Shown here: positions 24,437-37,739 of the stretch, piece by piece
How positions within the stretch are numbered: position 1 is the stretch's first letter
How the letters are laid out: every line of letters begins with the position of its first letter
DNA from: Eledone cirrhosa
Taxonomy: Eukaryota
Assembly (NCBI GenBank): GCA_964016885.1
Contig: OZ024741.1
Location: 91,760,001-91,824,000, forward strand
DNA: 64,000 nt
Direction: 5' to 3'
Translations under genes and position numbers: made by a program
Notes under the pieces: model-generated
The model's database searches: none
What the model saw: the letters and a program-made list of their open reading frames with translations, nothing else
What the model was told of the DNA's origin: nothing

Positions 24437-25971
24437 CAATGTCGGACTGGAACCTAACACCACATCTAGCATCAAACACCAGAGACACACCCTATACTAC
24501 ATACCCTACACTAGCTGATCCATTATAACACAAACAACGACATCCCTCTGGAACCCTTCGCAGGGAAAATACCCATTTATACCTCTACGGCAGGTGTGAC
24601 AACATCCACCCACTTGGACGGCACTACACCGCTCTAAGGGTAATTTGAGCATGAATTGATCGGTTGGATGGTGTTGGGCAGAGGAAACACCTTCCTTAGA
24701 CAGATGTAAAATGATTTAATCGAGTAGCGCTGTTGACCAGTAGGACCGGGCTGCGGAGCGCAGTGAGTGAATGCAATGCAACTGCCGTGCGGGTTGTACG
24801 TATATGGATGATCTGACGGTCAGAGAGAGGTCGCGAGGACTGCGGATTGACCTTCGGCCTGCCTGGGGACGATTATCTTTCGACATCCAATGTAGCAAGT
24901 GATGACCCAGATCTTACCAGAGATCATTGGGTCCTGAAGCAATCCTGCAATCACCGCACCTGGCCATATGAGCAGACTACAACCACAGAGATCATTAATT
25001 TAGAATCCTCGCTCATCATCTATAATTTCCATTTGTAGCACCTTATGATGGGTTAATCCACCTTAATAATAATATGATCACCTTCAGCATAATTTAGTTA
25101 AACTACTCTATAGTTAGTACACTTTATGCTTTAAAAGTCTCTCTTGGAAGGTGCACCTCACCATAGAATTTAGGGTCTATATTGGGACACACTTTAATGG
25201 CTAGATATGGAAACCCCAGAGTTACCTCCCCGCATGCATTAACTCCCCTTAGCCACACACACACTTCCGGTATTCAATGGCGTTTCTCGAAACGTAACAA
25301 CCTCCTGTATCGAACTAAAGAACACCAGACTACGATCTCTAACTGGATTGTCGTGGATTATGTGAAAGGCATATAATCGAAATATACACTCCCTTGACCA
25401 TGAAAATGCCGAAGTACATGAATTACTTGACATCCCTGCGCTGTGCATCTCCAATACTTATAACACTTTTAATGCTTGCACTATCTTTAATGCTTATAAT
25501 ATTTCTCCACACACAGACTACATCAATCATATAAAGACTTTGCCACCAGATCTACCAACCTAACACTCTTATTTACCTACCTAAGTGCCTCTACCACACA
25601 TATCTCTCTGCCACACTATATAAACAAGACGCACATGCGTGCCACACATATAACATTTGCACTATATAACCACTTATCTTCATGTTGTACTTTAACCTAT
25701 ATCTTTGATTTTTGATTGTACCTATTAATATAAATGTAATCTCGAAGTGTGTACTGCCACTCTAAATTCTGTAATGAATGTTGACCCACAATGTTTGAAT
25801 ATGTATCAATGTTTGAATATGTATTGGTATGTCTCTCGGCTGAAAAGGAGGTCATATAACTGTCCATGCATTAATAAATTGCTCCGAAGAATCCAAACCT
25901 CGGTTTGGAGGAAACAGCTGTAAGCACAATAATGTTTTGAACAGTTCTTTGATTCTTATATATTTCATATA
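23846..25971 (+). repeat. 2.1-kb inverted duplicate of the PLE 3' end (mirror of 20440-22563)
   Basis: The ORF track gives identical peptides on opposite strands (20955/25239, 21033/25182, 21371/24847, 21511/24716). Confidence 0.95.
25880..25926 (+). ncRNA. Hammerhead ribozyme (CCGAAGA core)
   Basis: TGCT-CCGAAGA-aTCCAAAC ctcg GTTTGGAg-GAAAC AGCT GTA-AGCA. Confidence 0.7.
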
Positions 25972-26205
25972 TACATATATATACATATATATATATATAC
26001 ATATATATATGTGTGTGTGTGAGTGTGTATGTGTGTATATGTATATATATATACACACACACACACACATACACACGTGTATATCGTTAGCTTGGCCACA
26101 GCCAAAACTTCGATTTTACTGAATTTCCATTTGTATATATATATATATATATATAAGCGAAAATATTAATGAAAGAGTTGTAAGCCGTTAAAACATTTAT
26201 ATAAA

Positions 26206-26245
26206 GCTCTTACATATGTTTCGCCGAATGGGGCTCTTCTGAGGC
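26206..26245 (-). ncRNA. Hammerhead-like motif, family H (CAGAAGA core)
   Basis: Reverse complement of 26510-26549. Confidence 0.5.
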
Positions 26246-26509
26246 AACTATAAAGGCAAAGTATTTAATGAAGTACCCTGTACGGGTAGAAACATATTTT
26301 AACATCAGAATGCATTATTCCGTATAGAAAAATGGAGGAAGAGTCATTGTGCTCTAAGGGAGGTAATTACTGGTGCAATGTAGATTTACCTGTCAAACTA
26401 ATGACCGCTCCCTTCTCCTCCTTTTTTCTATACGGAATAATGCATTCTGATGTTAAAATATGTTTCTACCTGTACAGGGTACTTTATTAAATACTTTGTC
26501 TTTATAGTT

Positions 26510-26549
26510 GCCTCAGAAGAGCCCCATTCGGCGAAACATATGTAAGAGC
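26510..26549 (+). ncRNA. Hammerhead-like motif, family H (CAGAAGA core)
   Basis: GCCT-CAGAAGA-GCC ccattc GGC-GAAAC ATAT GTA-AGAGC; helix I imperfect. Confidence 0.5.
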
Positions 26550-26863
26550 TTTATATAAATGTTTTAACGTCTTGCAACTCTTTTATTAATATTTTCGCTT
26601 ATAACCACTCTGCTTATCTTCGTACACTAAATATTAACTCCTTTAATATTTAACTCTGATTACACAATCATCGAGCACCTATGCACCCGCTTTTGGCAAA
26701 TATATATAAATATTGTTATACTTTGGGAGGGTCATGTTGCCAATAAGAAACACACGCACTAGTTGCTTTCACTTCAATTTATTACAATAAATTTATAAAT
26801 TTAGGAATTTATAAATTTCCGGTTGGTTGGTTGGTTCCACAATCAGATGGTTGTTTATATATT

Positions 26864-26906
26864 GTCAAAGTTCTTTCGTCACACATTCTGTGACCTCTTC
26901 AGTGAC
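26864..26906 (-). ncRNA. Type I hammerhead ribozyme, family I
   Basis: Reverse complement reads GTCA-CTGAAGA-gGTCACA gaatg TGTGAC-GAAA GAAC TT-TGAC; same strand as, and 3' of, the PLE ORF. Confidence 0.7.
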
Positions 26907-27225
26907 TGGGGATACTTTTCTTTGTTTTTGTACCTCTCCTTTGTTCTGTCCTAAGCCATCTTGTTTTTGTGTGTGTGCTGTGTGCTCAGTCTGCGCATGC
27001 GCCACATCCGGGTGTTTGTGTGTGTTTATATTCGTTTATTTATTTGTTTATTTACATGTTACTGGTTGGTTGTTTGTTCTATGTGCGTGTGTTTTCATTC
27101 TGTCCTTAATTGTAAGTTGTGATGTTGCTGTTCCACTCATGTTTTCTATTTAATTTTGGTTGGAGTTCATTTATGTTTATTGGCTCTGTGATTTGTCTAA
27201 ACATTGCGTCTTTTCTGTGTGTAGA

Positions 27226-28317
27226 TTATATTTTTATTTCTATGTTCTCTAATTTACCCTTATGTTCTATTTTAGCATGTTGGTAGAGTACAGATGATTC
27301 TTTACTATCTTGAAGGTCTCGCCAGTGTTCATTTATCCGTTCCCCTATACTGCGAGCTGTCTCACCTATGTACACTATATTTTTATCTCTACTTTGTCCT
27401 TCAGTACATCTTATGCTATATACTACATTTCTAGTTTTACAGTTAATATGGGGGCTTAATTTACAGATTATACATTTCTTATCTATACAGGGAGGTCTTT
27501 GAAAAGGGTATGTCCTGCTAATAAGCGTTTTTATGGAGGTACCTGGTCTTTCTACTATCTTAATATTGAGTTTATGTTTATCTAGGGCCCTTCTAAATTT
27601 GTAAGCTAATTCACCGCTAGGGGTTGTATCGATGAACATTACACTCTGGTATTTATTGCTATCATACCATGAGTTTATTCTATTAGCCTTATTCCTAGTT
27701 CTTTCTATTCTATTCCAAAATTTGCTCCTATACAAGGGGCAGGTCCCATTTGTGTCATTATTTCCCATTTTTTCCCATTTGGTTCTGGCTCCTCTATATA
27801 CTCTGATTTTATCTCTCTGATTGTAACCAGAGAACTGCATACGGTGGATGAAGTGTTGTATGTGTCTCTCTAGTTCTTTGGGGTTGCACATGCGGGACAC
27901 GTTTCTCATCACCCGTACCAAATCCGCAATGAGTATGGTGATTTTGGTATGGTCCGAAACAGCTGAGTTTCGGTGGATCAGATATTTGGAAGTCATGGCT
28001 TTGGCATAATGGGAATGGAGGATTTGTTTTTTGTTATTAATGGTATCTAACCAGAGCTCTATGTATAGTACGGGTAATCGATGGTTGGGGTGTTTGCTTG
28101 GGTAGTCTATAGTAACTCTAATACTCTGGTGGATGGAGTTAGCTATTTGCAGGATGCTTTCCATTTTGTTTTTCTCTAATTCCTGACTGTTCTCTAGTGG
28201 GGGTGTTTTAACTATGATGTTTATATCATCAACGTAGCGGGAGTACATTATCAAGGTTAAGGGGTGTTCTAATTGTTCTTTAAGTTTAAGTTTATGTCTA
28301 CTGTCCCACCATACCAT
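27226..28317 (-). CDS. PLE RT (C-terminal part) + GIY-YIG endonuclease
   Basis: 363-aa ORF with RYVDD, CIDKKCIIC, YIGET. Confidence 0.85.
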   Translation of the reverse strand: MVWWDSRHKLKLKEQLEHPLTLIMYSRYVDDINIIVKTPPLENSQELEKNKMESILQIANSIHQSIRVTIDYPSKHPNHRLPVLYIELWLDTINNKKQILHSHYAKAMTSKYLIHRNSAVSDHTKITILIADLVRVMRNVSRMCNPKELERHIQHFIHRMQFSGYNQRDKIRVYRGARTKWEKMGNNDTNGTCPLYRSKFWNRIERTRNKANRINSWYDSNKYQSVMFIDTTPSGELAYKFRRALDKHKLNIKIVERPGTSIKTLISRTYPFQRPPCIDKKCIICKLSPHINCKTRNVVYSIRCTEGQSRDKNIVYIGETARSIGERINEHWRDLQDSKESSVLYQHAKIEHKGKLENIEIKI

Positions 28318-29328
28318 GAATAGGTTAGCTATGTCGCCTGCAATGCTAACACCAATGGCTGCTCCTCCTCTTGGGCATATGTTTTTCCATTAAATTTGAA
28401 CATATGTTCCTTAAGGGTTAATTTTATGCTGGCCCCCACCGCATGTGCAATCATTTTCTTAGCCAAGCCTTGATATCATCCACTACCCGGACTACCATAA
28501 CTGGACTACACTTAAGTTCCGATGAATTGACTGGTTATAACTTTGTATTGGTCATCGAATAACGTGAAAACAAGCGGGGAGCGATCTCTAGACCTACTAG
28601 TTCAGAGAAACAATTGTCAACAATGAGATTAAAAACCTTCTTTGTATAGCAAACCGTGTCACTCTTCTTTCCTGATTTATATATATATATATATATAAAT
28701 GGAAGTTCAGTAAAATTGAAGTTTTGGCTGTGGCCAAGCTAACGATATACAATCAGGAATGTGCAGCAAATCACTCGATAAGGTAGTGTCACCTTAGAGT
28801 AATAACATACGTTAGAAAGCTTGACAAATTGAAGACTGCAACCGGTGACCCAGCCACATGGACCAAAGCAATTATATACATTTGTTTTGCAAAGTTTTTG
28901 ATATGAAATCGTGTGTCGAAACAAATATTGTTATACATGGGGGGGGGGGGGTCATATTGTTGTAATAATATTGTTGTAATAATATTGCCCGAAATAATAG
29001 CAGAACCCACTCACTGTTTAGTTGGTTTTCGCTTCTGTATCTTTTGCATCTCCATAGTTAATTTATTTGGCAATCAATGTTTATCATTGATTGACCAACG
29101 GTTAAAAATACAGATATAAATATATATATATATAGTCTATCAAAGTTCTTTCGTTGCACATCTGCATGCAAATGCAGCGCAGAGACGGAGACAAGAATAA
29201 ATAAATAAAGAAAGAAAGAAATAAAGTAAAATAAAATAAAAATTGCGTAGACATTACAATACAATAGGAGGGAACATAATAATAGTACCACTGATGATGT
29301 TGCAGGTGTGTAACGAAATAACTTTGAT

Positions 29329-29433
<105 letters not shown>

Positions 29434-29496
29434 CGTAAAATAAGAAACTTTTTAAAAAAATATTTTTTAAAATTAACTTACTTACTTAAATTTTCA

Positions 29497-29576
29497 CTCC
29501 AACTAATTAGTTTCTGCAATGGGATAAAGACAGTTACGTAATGAACTGTTGAGAATTTCATTGCGTCATCAGGGAG
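29497..29576 (-). ncRNA. Hammerhead ribozyme, family J
   Basis: Reverse complement of 29781-29860. Confidence 0.75.
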
Positions 29577-29780
29577 GTCTATTCTCAGCCAAGTCTCCAG
29601 GCAATGCGCGGACACTGGGGACTCATATAAAAATAATAATAATTTGGTAAATGGAACAGCTATCGAGGACTGGATTCCAGGTACTGAAAATTCTCACTGC
29701 CACTGGTCATATGGCCGATTCTAAAGAATCAATCACGTGACACAGAGGAGACTTGCCTGGAGACTTGGCTGAGAATAGAC

Positions 29781-29860
29781 CTCCCTGATGACGCAATGAA
29801 ATTCTCAACAGTTCATTACGTAACTGTCTTTATCCCATTGCAGAAACTAATTAGTTGGAG
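29781..29860 (+). ncRNA. Type I hammerhead ribozyme, family J (extended helix II)
   Basis: CTCC-CTGATGA-cGCAATG..ACAGTT cattacgt AACTGT..CATTGCa-GAAAC TAATTA GTT-GGAG. Confidence 0.75.
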
Positions 29861-30333
29861 TGAAAATTTAAGTAAGTAAGTTAATTTTAAAAAAAATTTT
29901 TTTTTTAATTTTCTTATTTTACGTCTTTTATATTATTGTTCTGCATCCTCCTGCATTGAACCACCTAGGTGCTATGACATAACCTGTATATTTGCTGGCA
30001 TTGGCGTACATCTGTGCGCTTATGTTAGTAGATATATTAAATTATCTATATTTATCTCCAAATCACTGATTTGTCGAGCAAACCTGCCAAAACCACTTCT
30101 AAATTTTTTTGGGGGTGTTAGTAGGCGTCTGTCATCTTACCATCCCATTCCTACTGACTAGCCTCTGTGTCACGTGATTGATTCTTTAGAATCGGCCATA
30201 TGACCAGTGGCAGTGAGAATTTTCAGTACCTGGAATCCAGTCCTCGATAGCTGTTCCATTTACCGAATTATTATTATTTTTATATGAGTCCCCAGTGTCC
30301 GCGCATTGCCTGGAGACTTGGCTGAGAATAGAC

Positions 30334-30413
30334 CTCCCTGGTGACGCAATGAAATTCTCAACAGTTCATTACGTAACTGTCTTTATCCCATTGCAGAAAC
30401 TAATTAGTTGGAG
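30334..30413 (+). ncRNA. Hammerhead ribozyme, family J, A6G core mutant
   Basis: As 29781-29860 but core reads CTGGTGA. Confidence 0.6.
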
Positions 30414-30595
30414 TGAAAATTTAAGTAAGTAAGTTAATTTTAAAAAAAATTTTTTTTAATTTTCTTATTTTACGTCTTTTATATTATTGTTCTGCATCCT
30501 CCTGCATTGAACCACCTAGGTACTATGACATAACCTGTGTATTTGCTGGCATTGGCGTACATCTGTGCGCTTATGTTAGTAGATATATTAAATTA

Positions 30596-30634
<39 letters not shown>

Positions 30635-30790
30635 TGTTGTTAGTCCTCAGGGGAACTGGAATAATACAACCATATATGATTCCAGTTCCTATAAGGACTA
30701 ACACACACCCAGGAGCTGGACATATCGATGAATTAACAGTTGAACACATTAAAACACCATGTTTACCTGTTGTTTCTACATTAATTCTTA

Positions 30791-30843
30791 CAGCCTGATG
30801 AGGTCACAGCCAATAATGGCTGTCACTGAAATATATATAGCAG
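30791..30843 (+). ncRNA. Hammerhead ribozyme, family G
   Basis: CAGC-CTGATGA-GGTcACAGCCA ataa TGGCTGTcACT-GAAA-TATATA-TA-GCAG; helix II covaries with the 19809 copy (AT/AT vs AC/GT). Confidence 0.7.
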
Positions 30844-30991
30844 AGAATTAAAATAAACGAAGCCAACTTTAATATGTTTGACTCACACATTTTATTTTAC
30901 ATTACTCCGGAGTAAACAAACCAACCTGTGTACTTCGTCGAGTGCTCCAACCTGCATACAGAGGTGTCGGTAAACAACCAACATATACTCA

Positions 30992-31049
<58 letters not shown>

Positions 31050-31086
31050 CCAAAGATTAATATGGTTCATTGATTATTCACTGAAT

Positions 31087-31473
31087 ACAGTTTTACAATA
31101 GATTAAAAGCGCTCAACAGTAAAAAAGGTTTTCCTGGAGTTATTAATACTGGAATTGAACTATCAAGACCGTAGAGGTATGTCATATATCAAATCATGTA
31201 GTTTATCTGACGAGGATGTACTGAAAAAACAGCACAATATATATATATATATTATTCAAAATATTAACAAATGAAGATATTCACATAATCAAAACATATG
31301 TTTTATTATATATATTTCGAAGGTACTGTGGTGTTTTTTCAGTACGTCCTCGTCAGATAAACTACATGATTTGATATATGACATACCTCTACGGTCTTGT
31401 TAGTTCAATTCCAGTATTAATAACTCCAGGAAAACTTTTTCTGTTGAGTGATTTTAATCTATTGTAAAACTGT
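31087..31473. repeat. Foldback of the family A HHR element
   Basis: 31087-31237 mirrored by ~31330-31473; homologous to 1535-1780. Confidence 0.8.
31302..31361 (-). ncRNA. Type I hammerhead ribozyme, family A
   Basis: Reverse complement reads TTTAT-CTGACGA-GGAcGTACTG..CAGTACcTTC-GAAA-TATATA-TA-ATAAA. Confidence 0.75.
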
Positions 31474-31494
31474 ATATATATATATGTATGTATG

Positions 31495-31566
<72 letters not shown>

Positions 31567-31577
31567 GTATATATATA

Positions 31578-32870
31578 GAAGTGGGTTCTACGGGACTAGA
31601 ACTGTTTCATTCGTGAGAAATAATCAGGAAGCCGACTGTCCAAGTATTATGGTGGTATTTATAACTTTTCTGGTGGTAGGAAAGGGTGGTGATTGGGATG
31701 GGAGGAGGTCATTGGTTTATAGATTTAAAGAAAAGGGGATTCTTTAATAACTATAATTAGATGTCACTCTAGAGTTAGATACTTCCCTCTATTACCCGTA
31801 CCACAAACCTAACGAATCCCTCAGATACATAAATGTTAATTCGAACCACCCCCAAAATATCACAGATAACTTAGTTAAAAGTGTCTCACTCAGAATTCCG
31901 GTCTCTTAGCCAATGAAGATATCTTTAGTGCCTCTGCCCCTTATTTCAACGACGCCCTCGCCCGCAGTGGCTTTAAAGAAAAGATTACTTATCTAGAAAC
32001 CACCCCAAGACTACCTAGGAGAAATAAGCATAGGCAGAGTAGTTGGTACAACCCCTCCCCCTTCAATAGAGAGGTTTCTACACCTATAGCTAGGACTTTC
32101 TTCAAATTGCTGAATAAACACTTCACCACACAACATAGGTACTACTCTATCTTTAATAAGAATACAATAAGACTCTCCTACTCCACTACACCTAACCTAG
32201 CTAGGAATATAGCCAATCTCAACACTACTAAATTAAATAAGCCTACTACCTCCGAAACACATCCCCGGACGGGAGCTTTGTGCAACTACCAAAATAAGCT
32301 TAGCTACTCGACAACAAATGCCTGACCAATGACATCGTATATAAATGAGATGTCATCTCAGGCATTGATGAAAACAACTAAAAGACTTATATCGGAATGA
32401 CTTCTAACAATTTTAAGACCCGGTGGTATGCCCATACCCACTCGTTCAGAAGACCGGACAAATCCAATCAGACAAAACTCGCCTACTTGTCTAGGACCAC
32501 AACAGGAACTCCACCCCTTTCACGCTCAAATGGAAATTACTTCAGAAAGCGCGCTCATACATGGGAACATGGGAGGAGACAAGTATTGTGACCTTTGTAT
32601 TTCAGAGAGCTACGAAATGCTATTTGCCAAGGGGTCGACACTGAACAAACTCTCTAAGCACTGCCCGAATTTCATGCAAAGAAACTTTGCAAGTTACAGA
32701 TATCTCAAGCCAGTCTTGATGCCAGATGGATAATTTACAAAAGAACGCTACTCGACAAAATACCCCCTCCATCCCACCCTAACCCCTACCTTCAACCCAA
32801 GCCCCCTCACGATCCGCCTCACGGCACTATGGTTATGTAAGTAGTTCATACCTACTTGCCTTTTTCACAT
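31578..32870 (+). mobile_element. Divergent Hydra-like PLE fragment (thumb + GIY-YIG) preceded by an inverted non-coding segment
   Basis: LDVTL..YHKPNESLRYINVNSNHP..NKNTIRLSYSTTPN..YIGMTSNNFKTRWYAH..CDLCISE with frameshifts; 31578-31760 is an inverted homolog of 19520-19700. Confidence 0.85.
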
Positions 32871-32899
32871 GTATAACGTACCTGTATTGCGCGCGGGTG

Positions 32900-33299
32900 T
32901 GTGTGTACATATATGCGCCTGTGGATATGTATATGTTTATATATGTGTGTGTGTATGTGTTAATGTGTGTGTGTATATATATATATATGTGTGTGTGGGT
33001 GCATATATATATACATATATAAATATGAGTATCTATATGTGTATATATGTGTCTATGCGTGTATATATATATATATGTGTGTGTGTGTGTATGTTTATGT
33101 GTATGAATATATATATGAATATATATATGAATATAAATGTATATATGTATGTATGTATGTATATATATATATATATATATGTATACTGTATATATGTATA
33201 TATATATGTATATATATATGTGTAAATATATATATGTAGATATATAGATACATGTTAGTGTGGGTGTGGGTGTGTGTGTGAGTGTATGTCTATGTGTAG

Positions 33300-33355
<56 letters not shown>

Positions 33356-33401
33356 TTGTATATATATATATAAATATATATATATATGTGTGTATATATG
33401 C

Positions 33402-33451
<50 letters not shown>

Positions 33452-33583
33452 ATATATGTGTATATATGTGTATATATGTGTATATATATGTATATTTATA
33501 TATATATGTATATATATATGTATATATGTATATATGTATATATCTATATATGTATACATGTGTATATATGTGTATATATGTGC

Positions 33584-33628
<45 letters not shown>
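32900..33628. repeat. Long compound (TA)/(TG) microsatellite
   Basis: Seen directly. Confidence 0.95.
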
Positions 33629-33629
<1 letters not shown>

Positions 33630-33630
<1 letters not shown>

Positions 33631-36600
33631 AGAACATACCAATACCATCTAGGGATACGTACGAAAAATTAGTGATTAATAGTGTCAACTCTTTTATCAA
33701 TAGAGTGAGATGGAGGACATTCCATTACAATAGAAACTGAACAGACAAAAACAGAGATGCAAACAATTTCGACTCATTCGGCTTTAAAACTTTTAAAAGC
33801 CCACCTCACAACACGTTATTAAACTCTTTCGAAAATGATTTAATAAAACTAGTTAAGAACATAAAGTACAGAAAACATCATAATAAAAACACCTTCTTAA
33901 ACAACCTTAACTCCACTATTAAAAGAATTAATAAAAAAAATAATAAAAAATTCCAGTGCATGCTGATAAAACTAATAATATATATAGCCTAGATTAAGAT
34001 ACATATAGAAAATTTATATATAAAGAACTGCATAGGAACTATAAGAAAACCACTATTAAAAACCTAGAAGATATAAATATAGAAGGCCATAGTATAGTAT
34101 GTAAATTAGGACTTCAGAAACATACACAGCCATACACCCCTAACCCCCCAAGATTTTCTCTGAAAGACCATAAGGAAGACTTTAATAGTAACCCTTCTAT
34201 AAGACTAATTTGCCCTTCCAAATCTGACATTGGAATTATCAGCAAAAAAATATTAGATAGAATCATCCCCCAATTTAAGCATAAAATATATCTTAACCTG
34301 TGGGGAAATACTGGTGAAGTTATTGAATGGTTCTATGATATTAAAGAGAATAAAAATAAAAAAATTATACAATTTGATATTAATTCATACTACACTCTAT
34401 TTCTCCTATCCTATTAAATAAGGCATTAATTATGGCTATGAACAATAGTGACCTTACTAGATCCCAAATCGATGTCATCCTTGCGGCCCGTAAAACCATA
34501 ATTGCATTTGAAGATCAATTATGGACCCGCAAAGATACACCTAACAACTTTGACATAACTATGGGATCTAGTGACTCGGCGCAGGTCACTGATTCGTGGG
34601 TCTATATCTCTTAAATGAAATTCATAGGAATCTACCTCAATGGTGGTTTATACCGCGTTGATGCACTACTTCTTATTGACTATAAAAATTTTTATATAGA
34701 AATAACTAGGAAACAATTACATAAAACTTTCAAAAACTTCAACTTAGGTATTACCTTAGATAAAAACACTAAAAACGTTAACTTCCTTGATGCTACCTTT
34801 TGCCTGGACTCTAAAATATATACAGCCTTTCATAAACCAAACGAAACACTACTTTATGTAGATACCAACTCTAACCACCCTAAATCCATATTAAACTCAA
34901 TTACTAAAGGAATATCAAATAGAATCTCTACTCTATCATATAATGAAACCATATTTAACAGTAATTCCCAATACTATAATGAGGCCCTAGCTAAATCAGG
35001 CCATAAAAATGAATTTAATTTTTACCTATAAAATCACCTAGTTACAACATTATTTCTCACAATATGGCCATGAGGAAAAATAATAAAAGTACTAGCCACT
35101 ATAACTCTAGTACGAATGGTAATATCAAACTTAATTCGCACCAGAATAAACCCCCCCAATAATAATATAAACAGAAATATAAACAATACCTCAAATAACA
35201 TTACAAAAAACAAAAATAGAAGAACTAATACATTTTTCAATCCCCCTTTCAATCTAAACGTCTCTACCAACTTGCCTAAGGCTTTCTTCTCAATCCTAGA
35301 AAAAATCTTCCCAGTCGGCCACAAATACCATAATCTTATTAATAAAAATACCATTAAAATCTCTTACTCTGCCACACCTAACATCGCGTACCATATAGCT
35401 AGTAGTAATAAAAGGAAGATTAATAATTATTTCCAACTAATTAAATCACAACAGGGGGTAAACTTACATAGCAACATAATACATAAAATTCTAGTAGCAA
35501 TGATAGTAATAGCAATAATGAAATTAATAACAATGAGAATGATAATCATCATTACCTTAATACTATCCCTAACAACCATGCATCTACACAACATATTAAC
35601 CGGCAAGCAAACAACCAGATAACTGTAACTGTAGAACAAATAGAACTTGCCCCTTAGGTAAAATTGCTTAATCAAAGACATCATTTACTCATGCACAGTC
35701 AATACAAACAACTCTTCAAAATCATATATCGGTTCTACTTCGAACTGCTTCAAGATGAGATATAACTCGCATCTCCACGCTTTCAAAAATCTAGCCAAAT
35801 CCACTTCTTTATCTGAAAACTAAAAATAGACCATACACACTTCAATGGGAAGTAATAGATGAGGCCGCATCGTATAAACCACCGAATTATGTAACCTGTC
35901 TTCTAGAGACCCGCACTATAATCTATTCTAAACTGAAACTCTTAAATAGAAAATCAGAAATTTTTTCCATGTGCCAACACTACCACCGAGACTCTTTCCA
36001 CAACTTTAAACCTAGATGCTAGTATATAACAATGTCAGATCTGGATTCCTCACCACCATTAACACTTCACCTCGACGTTTTATCAGCATATAATTACCCC
36101 CACAGCATCACACTCTATGATCAGCTCATTCCTCTACTTACCTCTTATTTATCTCAAATCATGTACTCCACAATAACTATTAAGAATAAACATAAAGTTA
36201 CCAACATTTATGTAACTACTATAGCTTACTTATATTTGATTCAGTAATGGGTAGATAGTAATAAAATGAGACCTTTAATGTATTATAGGAAAATAGATTG
36301 TATTTAAAATTAAATATATAAATAAATAGCATTATATAAAAGGGATTCACTTACAACATAATATAATGTATATTAGCACAAGGAATTTAACTAATTGGAG
36401 CTGTAAACATCTATACATTTTTTTCTATTAGATACAAATTAATCGCTAATTACCTCCCCTTTCACATTAGCTCCCCTTAATATAGATCTCTAACTCACTT
36501 CCTGAAATTAAACCGTTAGAAGTATCATTCTAGAACAACTCGAACCATGGATAAGAGTGTAATAGGACCAATATACAATCCATAGTTGTAACTACTTATA

Positions 36601-37300
36601 AGCATTCACTAAAATATAACCAATGAAATGTAAAAGAACATTAATATTAATACTCTCAACACATTATATCACTATATCCACCATAAACTTCATAGAAACT
36701 ACTTTTAATACACAAGCATCTTTGTCTGCTTAATATGCTTGTAAACCTGTGTTATATTATGTGATACCTTTGCCATAATGTAATATATATGCCTAGTACC
36801 ATTGCTTGTTTCCTACCTAGCTATTCTGTACATGCCTAACACATTTGCACTCTCTATACGCTTGCATATGTACTGCTAATGTCCTCGTTTTGCGAGTAAC
36901 TTTCTGCCTTAATGCCTCTTTAATTGTTATACTATTCTTTTGTAATCTTTGTCACATCCACTGACACTGACCTCAACATCTCCACTCTGTAAATATTAAA
37001 CTGTTGATGACTACTTTAATATCTACGCATCTTTATGATTGTTCTGTCGAATAGGAAGTTAATTATATGTCTAAACTTTGCTAGTGCTCCGATGATTCCA
37101 AACGAAAGTTTTGAAGAAACGATTGTCAGCAATAAAATGTTTTGAACATAGTTTTGATTATTCTGTAATTTATATTCCTGCTCTGTAAAATATCTGATGT
37201 ATTTACATTGAGCTATTTTCCTTACTGGTAATAAGGTAGTAATGAATTACTGACCTTTCCTGTTTATAATTACATATAGTGTATATATAAGTATAAATAA
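33630..37300 (+). mobile_element. Near full-length degenerate Hydra-like PLE
   Basis: [69 protein letters not shown]; many frameshifts; HHR in 3' pLTR; (TA)n on both sides. Confidence 0.92.
37085..37131 (+). ncRNA. Hammerhead ribozyme, family C (CCGAUGA core)
   Basis: TGCT-CCGATGA-TTCcAAAC gaaa GTTTtGAA-GAAAC GATT GTC-AGCA. Confidence 0.65.
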
Positions 37301-37309
37301 TATTATTAT

Positions 37310-37409
<100 letters not shown>

Positions 37410-37739
37410 AGAGTATTGAAGTTTGCTTGAAGCATTGTGGAATAATAAGGTAAATTTCTTTAAGTCGTTTGGAAGCCTCGACAATGCAAATGGGTAAATC
37501 TCCGGGTAACAAGATCCGGTGGTGGAGAGAGAGATGTAAGTGGGTGTACGTTGAGATGCGTGGCGTGTATAAGACGTGTAGAGGAATGAAGGAAAGAGCG
37601 TAAAGGATAAAAATAAAAATAACAACATGAGAGAGAGTTACCTTGGGAGAGATTTAATTGTCCCTATATATTTCGGATTCACATCCATCAACTGGGCTTT
37701 TTTTCCTGAGTGGGGGAAAGGTTGTCTGTCGGAAAGGTG

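Larger units (their letters stand above)
26153..26602. repeat. Foldback cassette (~190-bp arms) with one HHR-like motif per strand
   Basis: ATAAGCGAAAATATTAAT..CCGTATAGAAAAA mirrored by TTTTTCTATACGG..ATTAATATTTTCGCTTAT. Confidence 0.9.
26720..28465 (-). mobile_element. PLE of a second lineage (Nematis/Neptune-like), 5'-truncated
   Basis: GGAAIGVSIAGDIANLFMVWWD, RYVDD, CxxxxCxxC linker, VVY..YIGETARS..R.NEH; HHR downstream of the ORF. Confidence 0.88.
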
